Origin: Patescibacteria group bacterium
Lineage (GTDB): Bacteria; Patescibacteriota; Microgenomatia; Curtissbacterales; GWA2-41-24
Length of the DNA: 64,000 bases
Assembly (NCBI GenBank): GCA_038063735.1
Contig: JBBTUN010000009.1
Coordinates: 12,491 to 76,490, forward strand
Reading direction: 5' to 3'
The translations under genes were made by a program, and so were the position numbers. The notes under the pieces were generated by a model. The model searched no databases, was not told the DNA's origin, and was given only the letters and a program-made list of their open reading frames with translations. Of this stretch, positions 1 to 9,068 are shown piece after piece (position 1 is the stretch's first letter; each line of letters begins with the position of its first letter).

Positions 1-143
1 ATTGGAAACGTGATTCCATATTTTGTGGTGACATCCTCTGTTGGAGTTTGGGCATGTGTCGATTTTGCAAGAAACAGTAAAACAAGTGAGGCTGCAAGTA
101 AAATTATAAGGTGGAGAAAGGTCGTTTTTAGAATTTGTGTCAT
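1..143 (-). CDS. 5' end of a secreted hypothetical protein gene that continues beyond the window edge (N-terminal signal peptide only)
   Basis: Minus-strand ATG at 141-143 overlaps (ATGA) the stop of the upstream minus-strand ORF. Translation reads MTQILKTTFLHLIILLAASLVLLFLAKSTHAQ..., a typical signal peptide, and continues open to position 1. Confidence 0.3.
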   Translation of the reverse strand, partial: MTQILKTTFLHLIILLAASLVLLFLAKSTHAQTPTEDVTTKYGITFP

Positions 144-382
144 TTTAAATTGTCGAAAGGATTTTTATTTTCATCAAATGGATTGACGTACTGATTTTTT
201 TCATCAAATGGATTAACGTATTCTTTTTTTATTTGAACTGCTGCTTCTGTAGTGGCCTGGTTGTTTGTTTGTGAGAAATTTTTCTTAGTAGTTAGTAGGT
301 ATAGAAGAGATGCTACGGCTAAAATACTGGCAAGGATTAAGACTAGGACTATTATGTGGGCAAAACCCTTTTTATAGGTCAC
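140..382 (-). CDS. small membrane-anchored hypothetical protein with a duplicated YVNPFDE motif
   Basis: 80-aa ORF with one hydrophobic helix (IIVLVLILASILAVASLLYLL) and a tandem YVNPFDE(K/N) repeat at the C-terminal end. No family recognised. Confidence 0.3.
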   Translation of the reverse strand: MTYKKGFAHIIVLVLILASILAVASLLYLLTTKKNFSQTNNQATTEAAVQIKKEYVNPFDEKNQYVNPFDENKNPFDNLK

Positions 383-490
383 AATTTCAGTATTTAGATT
401 ATTATATTATTTGTCAAGTTTTTATTTGTCAAGTTTAATTTATTAGCCTCCTCTTGAAGTAAATTAAATTGTTCTTGTTACAATACTTTC

Positions 491-1156
491 ATGGATTCAA
501 GCCCCGCAGCACAAAAAGATTGGCAAACAAGGATTTTTGAAATTTTTGCAAGACTTTCTCCAAAAATAATTTTGCTTTTTCATCTTTTTAACTACGCTTT
601 TGCCACAGTTGTTGTAATACTTGGGTATTTGGAATTTACAAATAGTAATCTTGCCCCTTCTATTTATAGCCTTGGCAAACACTTCGGCCAGTTAGCGGTG
701 ACGCTACTTGGGATTGTGGTTCTTCCCGGAATTTTGGGAAGGCTTAGAATTGAGATTAAGCTAACACGCTTAATTACGCTTTTTCGCAGACAGCTGGGAA
801 TTACTGTTTTTGTGTTGGGACTATCTCACTATTTGCTGATCCGGTTTGTGCCGACCCTGGCCGGGATTTATAAATTTGAGTTTCCGTATCCGGTGCTCTT
901 TGAAAATTTTGGCGCTTTGGCTCTGTTTATTTTATTTTGGCTGTTTATTACTTCTAATAATGCGTCTGTTAAAAAAATGAGCATATGGTGGAAGAGGCTA
1001 CATCGCTTTGTTTACGTTGCTGTTTGGCTTTTGGTTTTCCATACGGGATTGCAGAGGTTAAGCGTTTGGACTATGGGAATTGGAATAGTAGCAATTCTAG
1101 AGGCAGTTTCTTTAATTTATGATTACTTTAGAAAGAAGAATTTTAGACAAAGTTAG
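491..1156 (+). CDS. ferric-reductase-like transmembrane domain protein (MsrQ/YedZ-like heme-binding membrane subunit)
   Basis: 221 aa with about six TM helices and conserved His in helices (WKRLHRFVYVAVWLLVFHTGL) resembling the YedZ/MsrQ ferric reductase TM domain. ATG start at 491. Confidence 0.45.
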   Translation: MDSSPAAQKDWQTRIFEIFARLSPKIILLFHLFNYAFATVVVILGYLEFTNSNLAPSIYSLGKHFGQLAVTLLGIVVLPGILGRLRIEIKLTRLITLFRRQLGITVFVLGLSHYLLIRFVPTLAGIYKFEFPYPVLFENFGALALFILFWLFITSNNASVKKMSIWWKRLHRFVYVAVWLLVFHTGLQRLSVWTMGIGIVAILEAVSLIYDYFRKKNFRQS

Positions 1157-1366
1157 CACCGGTACCGCAAGTGGAGGCAATAGCAGCTCCGGTTAAGACC
1201 ACGGCGAGCGCAATGCTGACATAGGTTAACCTTTTAAATTGCGCTTTTAAATCTTTAATTTCGTGCCTTAGTTGTTTTCGATATTTTTTTAACTTCATCT
1301 AAATTTATTTTAACACCAAAATGCAAAAGAAGATGTGGGATAATTAGAACGAATGGTTCGATAGTT

Positions 1367-2380
1367 ATGATTATTCGCGAAGTACAGGATAGGGAAAAAG
1401 GCGCTTATAACAAACTCGTCGGGCATATTATCCAATCTTGGGAATGGGGACAGTTTAGAAAAAGCACCGGTTTGGACTTGGTGAGACTTGGCCATTACAG
1501 TGGCAATAAGCTTGTTAAGGCATACCAGTTAACCTTCCATGCGGTACCAATGTTTAAACAGACTATTGGATACTTACCGAAGGGGCCACTGCCGGACCGC
1601 GATATGTTAAGGGCGCTTGTAGATCTTGGAAAAAGTAGAAATGCCGCTTATATAAAAATAGAGCCGAATGTGATAATTGGCGATAAGCAAGAAGCGATAA
1701 GAGATAAGTTAGAACATTTAGGGTTGGTTGAATCTAAAAAATCTTTATTTACAAAATATAATTTCATTATTGATCTGGCCCGTACAAAGGAAGAGTTAAT
1801 GGCTTCGTTTTCGCAAAAAACTCGTTACAACATTGGTGTGGCGCAAAGAAAAGGTGTAGAGGTTTACGAGAGCCAAGAAGACGCTGACTTTGAAATTTAT
1901 TTAAAACTTTATTTTGATACGACGAGTCGCCAAAAATATTTTGGCCATACGCCCGATTACCACAAAAAAATCTGGGCAACCTTGGCGCCTGCCAATATGT
2001 GTCGGTTGCTGATAGCCAAATACGAAGGTAAGCCTCTTGTTGCCTGGATGCTATTTAATTTTGGGGACACGCTTTATTATCCCTATGGAGGCTCGTCCAA
2101 AGAACACAGGGAAGTGATGGCTTCCAATTTAGTTTGTTTTGAGGCAATTGCGCTGGGTAAAAAAATGGGCTTGAGTAATTTTGATATGTGGGGGGCACTG
2201 GGTCCTGATGCATCAAGCACGGACCCTTGGTTCGGTTTTCATAAATTTAAGGCAGGTTACGGACCAAAACATGTGGAATACGTGGGGACTTACGACCTTA
2301 TTTTAAAAAATGCTCTTTACAATACATTAAATCTTGCAGACCGCGTCCGGTGGAGCATATTGAAAGCTACCAGAAGGTAG
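1367..2380 (+). CDS. FemAB-family peptidoglycan interpeptide-bridge aminoacyltransferase-like protein
   Basis: 337 aa. Central KTRYNIGVAQRKGVEV matches the FemAB family signature (K-x-R-x-N-I-R-K-A-x-K-x-G-V). Size and GNAT-like second half (GGSSKEHREVMASNL...) are consistent with FemX-like enzymes. Confidence 0.5.
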   Translation: MIIREVQDREKGAYNKLVGHIIQSWEWGQFRKSTGLDLVRLGHYSGNKLVKAYQLTFHAVPMFKQTIGYLPKGPLPDRDMLRALVDLGKSRNAAYIKIEPNVIIGDKQEAIRDKLEHLGLVESKKSLFTKYNFIIDLARTKEELMASFSQKTRYNIGVAQRKGVEVYESQEDADFEIYLKLYFDTTSRQKYFGHTPDYHKKIWATLAPANMCRLLIAKYEGKPLVAWMLFNFGDTLYYPYGGSSKEHREVMASNLVCFEAIALGKKMGLSNFDMWGALGPDASSTDPWFGFHKFKAGYGPKHVEYVGTYDLILKNALYNTLNLADRVRWSILKATRR

Positions 2381-2381
2381 A

Positions 2382-2906
2382 TTAAATAATATATAAAAAT
2401 ATTTTGCCCTCGGTTTTGTCGGGTTTTTTGTTTGGAAAGGGATTTGTATTTACAACAACTCGTGTGCCGTGTTGTGCATTTGTGTATATAAAATCTTCAA
2501 ATTTTTTTGTTTTTTTGGCAAGCGAATAAACAAAAATAACATCTGCGACCTTAAGATCCGCTTTCCACATAGACTGCGCATTAATTTTTACCTGTTCATC
2601 AAGCCCCTTTAGTTTTCTTTTAAGTTTTGACAGTGCAATTAAAAATGGGTTTATTTCGTACCCAACCGCAAAGGCTCCAAAACTTGCAGCTTCGAAAAGA
2701 AGGCGTCCATCGCCTGAGCCCAAATCAACAACTGTTTCCCTTTTTTTTATATGCGCAAGCTTTGTTAGATTTTTTATACTCTCTCTCTTTGCGCCTACAT
2801 AGGGCAACTCCAGAAAAAAATCCACGCAATAAAAAATGCCAACTAGTATTACAAAAAGAAGCGCTGCAACCAACAGTATGATGACTGTGCCAATTACTAT
2901 TTGCAT
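2382..2906 (-). CDS. membrane-anchored class I SAM-dependent methyltransferase
   Basis: N-terminal TM helix followed by SAM-binding motif I VVDLGSGDGRLLFEAA and motif II-like acidic residue (GYEINP). 174 aa. Confidence 0.55.
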   Translation of the reverse strand: MQIVIGTVIILLVAALLFVILVGIFYCVDFFLELPYVGAKRESIKNLTKLAHIKKRETVVDLGSGDGRLLFEAASFGAFAVGYEINPFLIALSKLKRKLKGLDEQVKINAQSMWKADLKVADVIFVYSLAKKTKKFEDFIYTNAQHGTRVVVNTNPFPNKKPDKTEGKIFLYII

Positions 2907-3112
2907 TATTTTTTCTTTAAGCTTTTATAAAGCTTTATGCTTAAAACAATTACAGCAACAAGGCTACCCAGTAAAAGGATTGTAAAAATTATTCTCATTT
3001 TAATGATTATAAACTTCCAAGCGTGATTGGCCAAGGATTTCTGCAACAACTAAGAGGGATTTCTAGGCAAATTGCTTTTTTAGCGTACTTTGTATATATT
3101 CTCCCTAGCGAT

Positions 3113-3523
3113 ATGAGCTTGAAATTTATTCTTTATATTTTGGGGGCGCTGATTTTATTAGGCGGTCTCTTTTTTGCTTTCAGGCCAAAAACAGTTCAAG
3201 CTCCACAAAGCCCTGTCGTGACTAGTGAGTCAACAACTTCTGCTAACGTTGCCAACAAGGTTAAAACGTTCGAGCTGGTGGTTCGTGACAATAAACTCGC
3301 CCCTGGCCCGTCAACTTTGAGTGTTGTGCAAGGCGATGATGTAGTTATTAAAATTGCGTCTGACGTGAATGGTGAATTTCACTTGCATGGATATGATAAG
3401 TTTGTCGACTTGGAAAAAGATGCTACTGTTGAGCTTAAATTTAATGCCAATCTCAGCGGTAGGTTTCCGTTTGAGCTTGAGGATACCAAAACGGATCTTG
3501 GAGCTTTAGAAGTTAACCCCTAG
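3113..3523 (+). CDS. membrane-anchored secreted protein with a cupredoxin-like beta-sandwich domain lacking canonical Cu ligands
   Basis: The ORF track start (3023) is GTG. An in-frame ATG at 3113 precedes the TM anchor (MSLKFILYILGALILLGGLFFAF). The C-terminal domain pattern (VVQGDDVVIKIASDVNGEFHLHGYDKF ... GRFPFEL) resembles COX2/cupredoxin-like folds. The stop is 7 nt before the next gene. Confidence 0.3.
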   Translation: MSLKFILYILGALILLGGLFFAFRPKTVQAPQSPVVTSESTTSANVANKVKTFELVVRDNKLAPGPSTLSVVQGDDVVIKIASDVNGEFHLHGYDKFVDLEKDATVELKFNANLSGRFPFELEDTKTDLGALEVNP

Positions 3524-3529
3524 AACTTA

Positions 3530-4957
3530 ATGGCGAGGTTATTAAGTTTCTTATTTATTATTTTTCTTCCCTTTATTTTTCCCGGGCAAATTCACGCACA
3601 CGCTTTTGGGCAATTATACAATTTGCCGGTGCCATTTTGGCTGTACTTATACGGCGGGGCAGCAGCAATTATTGTTTCTTTTTTGGTAATTGGCTATTTT
3701 TTTAACAAAGATAGTAATTTAGAGAAGTATCCGACTGTAAACCTATCGAAGCTTGGTCTATTTTCGACACTTACAAAACCGTGGTTCGTAGGATTTTTAA
3801 AGCTGGCAAGCGTTTTTTTGCTTTTTTTAACTATTGCCTGCGGCCTGGTTGGCGAGAATAATCCGACGGTGAATTTTAACATGACATTTTTTTGGGTTAT
3901 TTTTGTTTTGGGCTTTGCCTATTTTGTGGCTATATTTGGAGATTTATGGACTATTGTTAATCCATGGAAAGTGTTGACAGATTTTATTGAGAAGGCTTTT
4001 GGGAAAAATTTGGTTGGCATTATTAAGTACCCAAAACTCCTGGGATATTTGCCGGCATTTACTTTTTACTTTCTTTTTATTTGGTTGGAGCTTTTTGGAC
4101 AAACTATGCCTTTTAGCCTTTCTGTCGTGCTTTTAATATATACATTGGCCAATGCTTTTGGAGTAGTTCTAATAGGTCGCGAAAACTGGTTTAAATATTG
4201 TGAATTCTTTTCTGTATTTTTCAGAATACTTGGGAAAATTTCGGCTGTGGAAGCGAGAGGCGGTAGATTTTATCTTAGGGTGCCATTTGTGGGATTGCTT
4301 GGGGGCAGAGCTGACAATTTTGGTTTGGTAATTTTCATTTTATTTATGCTTTCCTCAACCGCCTTTGACGGCTTTAAATCAACGGCCGTTGGGGCTGCTG
4401 CCGTTAGAATACTTGTTTCGTTTACAGGCATATTTTTGGGTCAAGGTTCCTTTTTGGCAGTTCAGACTGCCGGGGTTTTAGGTTTGCTTTTATCACCGCT
4501 GATTTTTCTGTACCTTTACTTAATGCTCCTAGCCTTTGCAAAAGTTCTTTCCGGCAGCACCCAACCTTTAAAGGAACTAGCCCTGGATTTTGCTTTTTCT
4601 CTTATTCCTATTGCGTTTGTTTACAACGTTGCCCATTACTATACGTTAATTTTGACGGAAGGATGGAACATGATAAGAATAATTTCTGACCCTTTTGGGT
4701 TTGGTTGGAACTTGTTTGGAACAAGCGGGCTTGCAACAAACCCATTAATAGTCAGCGCTAACATTGGTTGGCACTTACAGGTTGGCATAATTTTAGTTGG
4801 ACATATTGCAGGGGTTTATCTTGCACATTTGGTCGCTCTAAGAGTTTTTCCCTCTCGCAAAAAAGCCTTGATGAGCCAATTACCAATGTTGGTTTTGATG
4901 GTTATGTATACTATGATCGGGCTTTGGATACTTGCGCAACCCATTGTTGGCGGTTAA
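3530..4957 (+). CDS. polytopic integral membrane protein (>=12 predicted TM helices), function unknown
   Basis: 475 aa and very hydrophobic, with a signal-peptide-like N-terminus ending ...IHAHAF. Likely co-transcribed with the preceding cupredoxin-like gene (7-nt gap). Confidence 0.4.
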   Translation: MARLLSFLFIIFLPFIFPGQIHAHAFGQLYNLPVPFWLYLYGGAAAIIVSFLVIGYFFNKDSNLEKYPTVNLSKLGLFSTLTKPWFVGFLKLASVFLLFLTIACGLVGENNPTVNFNMTFFWVIFVLGFAYFVAIFGDLWTIVNPWKVLTDFIEKAFGKNLVGIIKYPKLLGYLPAFTFYFLFIWLELFGQTMPFSLSVVLLIYTLANAFGVVLIGRENWFKYCEFFSVFFRILGKISAVEARGGRFYLRVPFVGLLGGRADNFGLVIFILFMLSSTAFDGFKSTAVGAAAVRILVSFTGIFLGQGSFLAVQTAGVLGLLLSPLIFLYLYLMLLAFAKVLSGSTQPLKELALDFAFSLIPIAFVYNVAHYYTLILTEGWNMIRIISDPFGFGWNLFGTSGLATNPLIVSANIGWHLQVGIILVGHIAGVYLAHLVALRVFPSRKKALMSQLPMLVLMVMYTMIGLWILAQPIVGG

Positions 4958-4970
4958 AACTTTCTGGAGA

Positions 4971-7916
4971 TTACTGCGCCTTTGCAAGGCTAAATGGACA
5001 GATTGAATTGTAGGCGCAGTATATGCAAGCCGGCTCGCGTCCGAAGTACTTGGGGCTGGCAATAAAATGATTGGTTTTGGTGTCTCTTTTAATGTTTTGG
5101 GCAGTTTCTACTATTAATTTTTCGACTTTTTGCAAATCTTTTTCTGTGGGCCGGTAGGCACCAATAATGCCTGTTTCCAAAAAGTAGAGCGCGACTTTTT
5201 CGGGCATTATTTTGTGACGTTTAAAATAATAGAGGGCGTAAAGTGCCAGTTGAGTTGATTCTTTTGCCTGGGCGTTTGCCCTTTCCTGGTCTATGTTTTC
5301 GGATGATTTGTAATCGATAATCGTAATTTTAGAACCTGGTTTAACGTCTACTCTATCGAACCTACCTACCAAGGTTACACCTTCTACTGCGAACTTAAAT
5401 GGCGATTCAATGAGCGTTGGCACGTCTTTGGACTTTGACTCCCGAGCGAAAAATTCTTCCAGGGCAAGTTTCCCTTGTATTTTTCTCTTCTCTTCATGTT
5501 CGACTGTTAAGAATCCTTCGCTATCCCAGGCGTTTTCAAAAACTTCTAAAAGTGCCTTGAGCGTCATAACTTTACCCTGTTTTTTAATGCGGTTGAATTG
5601 GGCAACGGCGGCATGGAGTGCGGCTCCGTAAACAATTGCGTGGTGCTTCAAAATTGGCAGTCGCAGGATATGAACATAGCGGTATTTGTAAGCGCAAGTT
5701 AGATAGTCATCCATGGAACCTTGAGTGAGCTTTAAGGTGTCGACATCAAAAAGCATAGTTTGGGCGCTTATTCTGGCAACCGGGGCAAATTTTTCAATTT
5801 TCTCGAGTGGCGACAGTGGACTTGGAGACATTGTTGACTTGGATTTATCGAGAGCTTCCAAAACAAAAGGTGAAATTTTTTTGATTCGTTTGCCGCCAAC
5901 ATCCCGAGATGAGGTAAGATACAATAAATCTTTTGCACGAGTCATGCCAACGTAAAAAAGACGTCTTTCTTCTTCCAAATGCCAGTCACCACTTGGCAGG
6001 GATTCTTTAATAAGTTTTTCCGGCAGCTCGATTGCCTCCGGACGAACACGGGACGGAAAGCGGTTTGATATTAAATTGACCATAAAAACGACCGGGAATT
6101 CCAGGCCTTTTGCGCCGTGGATGGTCATGACGTTAACGGCATCTGTGTCCGGGTCGAATTCAATTGTTGTCGGATCGTCGCCAGCAGTGCGGATGCTTTC
6201 CAAATAATCTATAAATTGTGTAACGGTTTGAATATTTGCGACTTGTTCAAATTCTTTTATTTTTTCAAAAAATTTAGCAATATTTTGAATTTTAATTTGG
6301 CCTTCAACTTTGTCTTCTTTATCAAGACGAGTTAGATAGCCGGATTTTTTAAGGAAAGTGTAGAGGATACGGCCTACCTTCTCTTTTGCAGACATTTTAA
6401 TTGCCTCAGTAAGATCTTGGAGCAATTTTTCTATGATAGCGTGAGATTCTTTGGTGATATCGAGCCCTTCGGTACTGATTTTGTCTAAGTTGGTAAGGAC
6501 GTAGTAAAGAGAACGGGTTTTTCTTTTGGCAAACGATATTAATTTCAGTGTTTCTTGAGGCGGCAATTCGTAGAGGTCCGATGTTAGGAGGTTGTAAACA
6601 TTAAGACTATCTTCAAAATTAGAAATTGCCGTTAAAAATGAGATTAAAACTTTTACTTCTTCCTGCTGGTAAAGACCAGAAGAGCCCACAAATTTGTGCG
6701 GAATGCCGCGCATATTAAGGGCTCGCAAGAAATAGTCCGCTTGGGAATTGGCGCGCACAAGGATTGCGAAATCGCGGTATGAATACGGTTGACGGTTGAC
6801 GGTTGACGGTTGACGGTTTTTTCGGGATGCCAGTTTTGCAATTTCTTCGGCGACCAAGTCTGCCTCTTCGGAGATAGTATCTGCAAATAATTCTTGAGGG
6901 CTTGCGCCGGTTTTTTTTCTTGCACTTTTCAGCTTTTTATTTATTTTGTTTTTAATTTCAAGCCTATCGGGGTTGTTGTGGATAATAAGCCTGTATGAGC
7001 TGTCTAGAATTGCCTGCGTCGAGCGGTAATTTTCTACCAGTACTATCTGTTTTGCTTTGGGGAAATTTTTTACGAACTCTAATATATTAGATACGGCGGC
7101 TCCACGGAATTTATAAATAGACTGGTCGTCGTCTCCGACGACACAAATGTTTTTGTGAGCGGATGCAAGCATTGTGACAAGCTGGTTTTGAGCAAAATTT
7201 GTGTCCTGGTATTCGTCAACTAAAATGTATTTAAATTTTTGCTGATAAGTTTTCAGTATCGCCGGGCGTTTTTTGAATAGATCGATGGCTTTTACGACCT
7301 GGTCTCCAAAATCCAGGAGGTTTGCTTCATCTTTATACTTTTCGTACTGTTGGTAGGCCCGGGCAAGTTCTGTGATTTTTAGGCTTTCCGTTTTTTCTTG
7401 GTTTTTATGGCTTTTTGCAAATTTAGCAAATTCGTCCGGAGAAATGTTCTCGTCTTTTAGGCGCGAGAAAAAAGAAAGCATTGCAGAAGCGAATTTTGTG
7501 GGATTGCCCAGTGGCCGGTAATAATTGAGGTTGAAGCGGAATAGGTTTTGCTGAAAAAATAGAACCTGTTGAGGGCGGGACAAAACTTTAAAGTCTGGGC
7601 TTAGGCCAACGTCCAGGGCATTATCGCGCAGAATTCTGTCTCCAAAAGCGTGGAATGTGGAAATCCAGGTATCTATAAAACCGTATGGAACCAGGGTGTC
7701 TACGCGCTCTTCCATTTCTCCGGCGGCTTTATCGGTAAAGGTCAGAGCGAGGATTTCCGAAGGCCTGGCCAGCTTTTTTTCGATAATATAAGCGATTCTT
7801 CTGGCAATAACGGTGGTTTTACCGGTTCCGGCACCCGCAATAATTAAAAGAGGACCTTGTGTGGTGGTTACCGCCTCTTTTTGCTGTGGATTAAGTTCTT
7901 TGAGAATGTCTGACAC
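4971..7916 (-). CDS. UvrD/PcrA-family SF1 DNA helicase fused to a C-terminal RecB/Cas4-like PD-(D/E)xK nuclease with a Cys4 iron-sulfur cluster
   Basis: N-terminus LNPQQKEAV...GAGTGKTTVIARRIAYII (UvrD motif I). Motifs II (VDEYQDTN) and VI-like are present. The C-terminus has GRFDRVD, IIDYKS, QLALYAL and CIYCAYNSIC (CxxCx5C), typical of AddB/Cas4-type nucleases. GTG start at 7916. An in-frame heptanucleotide tandem repeat sits in a helicase loop (see findings). Confidence 0.8.
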   Translation of the reverse strand: MSDILKELNPQQKEAVTTTQGPLLIIAGAGTGKTTVIARRIAYIIEKKLARPSEILALTFTDKAAGEMEERVDTLVPYGFIDTWISTFHAFGDRILRDNALDVGLSPDFKVLSRPQQVLFFQQNLFRFNLNYYRPLGNPTKFASAMLSFFSRLKDENISPDEFAKFAKSHKNQEKTESLKITELARAYQQYEKYKDEANLLDFGDQVVKAIDLFKKRPAILKTYQQKFKYILVDEYQDTNFAQNQLVTMLASAHKNICVVGDDDQSIYKFRGAAVSNILEFVKNFPKAKQIVLVENYRSTQAILDSSYRLIIHNNPDRLEIKNKINKKLKSARKKTGASPQELFADTISEEADLVAEEIAKLASRKNRQPSTVNRQPYSYRDFAILVRANSQADYFLRALNMRGIPHKFVGSSGLYQQEEVKVLISFLTAISNFEDSLNVYNLLTSDLYELPPQETLKLISFAKRKTRSLYYVLTNLDKISTEGLDITKESHAIIEKLLQDLTEAIKMSAKEKVGRILYTFLKKSGYLTRLDKEDKVEGQIKIQNIAKFFEKIKEFEQVANIQTVTQFIDYLESIRTAGDDPTTIEFDPDTDAVNVMTIHGAKGLEFPVVFMVNLISNRFPSRVRPEAIELPEKLIKESLPSGDWHLEEERRLFYVGMTRAKDLLYLTSSRDVGGKRIKKISPFVLEALDKSKSTMSPSPLSPLEKIEKFAPVARISAQTMLFDVDTLKLTQGSMDDYLTCAYKYRYVHILRLPILKHHAIVYGAALHAAVAQFNRIKKQGKVMTLKALLEVFENAWDSEGFLTVEHEEKRKIQGKLALEEFFARESKSKDVPTLIESPFKFAVEGVTLVGRFDRVDVKPGSKITIIDYKSSENIDQERANAQAKESTQLALYALYYFKRHKIMPEKVALYFLETGIIGAYRPTEKDLQKVEKLIVETAQNIKRDTKTNHFIASPKYFGREPACIYCAYNSICPFSLAKAQ
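6785..6819. repeat. heptanucleotide tandem repeat (ACGGTTG x4 + partial) inside the helicase-nuclease coding region
   Basis: Seen directly: gaat ACGGTTG ACGGTTG ACGGTTG ACGGTTG ACGGTTT. It encodes NRQPSTVNRQP in the helicase frame. Confidence 0.8.
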
Positions 7917-7955
7917 GTGGCTATTTTAGCATGGAATTATTACTCTACTTGCGGC

Positions 7956-8948
7956 TTATTTACCTTTTATAGACTTTATAGTTTTTGCTTCGATGTTTTG
8001 TACTGTGGAGATTTTCGTTGACAGGCGAGTATAGCGCGTATTTACGTCGTCGCTACTTGCTGCGGCGTTTTTGATGTGTTTTGTGAGAACTGAAAGGGAT
8101 GAGCCGAATTTGTCGGTTTCGTCGGAAATTTCGCGTAATGCCGCCAGAATTTGGCCGGCCTGGGCTTCGATTTTAGACCCTTCCAGAGACATAATAATGG
8201 CGCGAAGATAAGCGTACATTGTCGACGGTGATACGGGTCGGACACGTTTGCGGTAAGCATAATCGTCCAGATCCGGAGCGTTGCTGATCATTTCGTAATA
8301 AACGGGTTCTGACGGGATATACATAAGTGCAAAATCCAATGTGCCTTCCTGCGGGCGGATGTATTTGGTGGATATGGCATCAATATGTTTCTTGACGTCT
8401 GTGATAAATAATTTGCGCATTTGATCTATTTCCTTTTCGTCTTTGGCTTTTTGCATTTTGCGGAAATTTTCCATGGGAAATTTGGCGTCAATTGGGATTA
8501 TGCCCTGTTCGAGTTGAAGTGCTGCATCGACAATTTCTCCGCCTTTGAAAGCGTATTGAAGGTGAAAGTTTTGTTTTGGCAGCACCTGGCCAAGCAGGTC
8601 TTTTAAAACAGACTCCCCTATTTGGCCGCGCATTTTGGGGGAACGCAGGAATTCCTGTAGTTCCTTCATCGACCTGCCCAGCTCTGTCATTTCGCCGACA
8701 GATTTTGAAACGCCCGAAATTGCCATGGCTGCCCTATCCAGGCGTTCGTTGATTGCCCTGCTTTGCATAACCATGGAGTTTGTACTTTTATCCATTGAGC
8801 CACGCATATCGGAAACTAACTGAGTGAGGAGTTTCGTGGTTTCGTCAGATTTTTTGGAATCCGTGAGTTTTTTTATTTGAAGGTAGATGAGTGCAAAGGC
8901 AACAGCAACAAGGCCGCCGACTATCAATACGGTGAATTGAGAATCCAT
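7956..8948 (-). CDS. rmuC: DNA recombination protein RmuC
   Basis: N-terminal TM helix plus long coiled coil, then the RmuC core (IPIDAKFPMENF..., LDFALMYIPSEPVYY). Size of 330 aa is typical. Confidence 0.65.
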   Translation of the reverse strand: MDSQFTVLIVGGLVAVAFALIYLQIKKLTDSKKSDETTKLLTQLVSDMRGSMDKSTNSMVMQSRAINERLDRAAMAISGVSKSVGEMTELGRSMKELQEFLRSPKMRGQIGESVLKDLLGQVLPKQNFHLQYAFKGGEIVDAALQLEQGIIPIDAKFPMENFRKMQKAKDEKEIDQMRKLFITDVKKHIDAISTKYIRPQEGTLDFALMYIPSEPVYYEMISNAPDLDDYAYRKRVRPVSPSTMYAYLRAIIMSLEGSKIEAQAGQILAALREISDETDKFGSSLSVLTKHIKNAAASSDDVNTRYTRLSTKISTVQNIEAKTIKSIKGK

Positions 8949-9068
8949 GCCGTAGATTTTAGCACAGGAAATTGAAGTTCTCGACTAACTCGAACAATAT
9001 TAATAAACTCATCACAATTATTCTTCGACCCTGTGGAGAAGTTTCTTGATTCCAATTACAATGAATGT

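Noticed and set aside
1133-1301. 55-codon minus-strand ORF (MKLKKYRKQLRHEIKDLKAQFKRLTYVSIALAVVLTGAAIASTCGTGANFV) in the 1157-1366 intergenic region
   Set aside because: It is plausible as a small tail-anchored peptide but has no conservation evidence, sits below the track threshold, and overlaps the end of the upstream plus-strand gene. Not reported as a feature.
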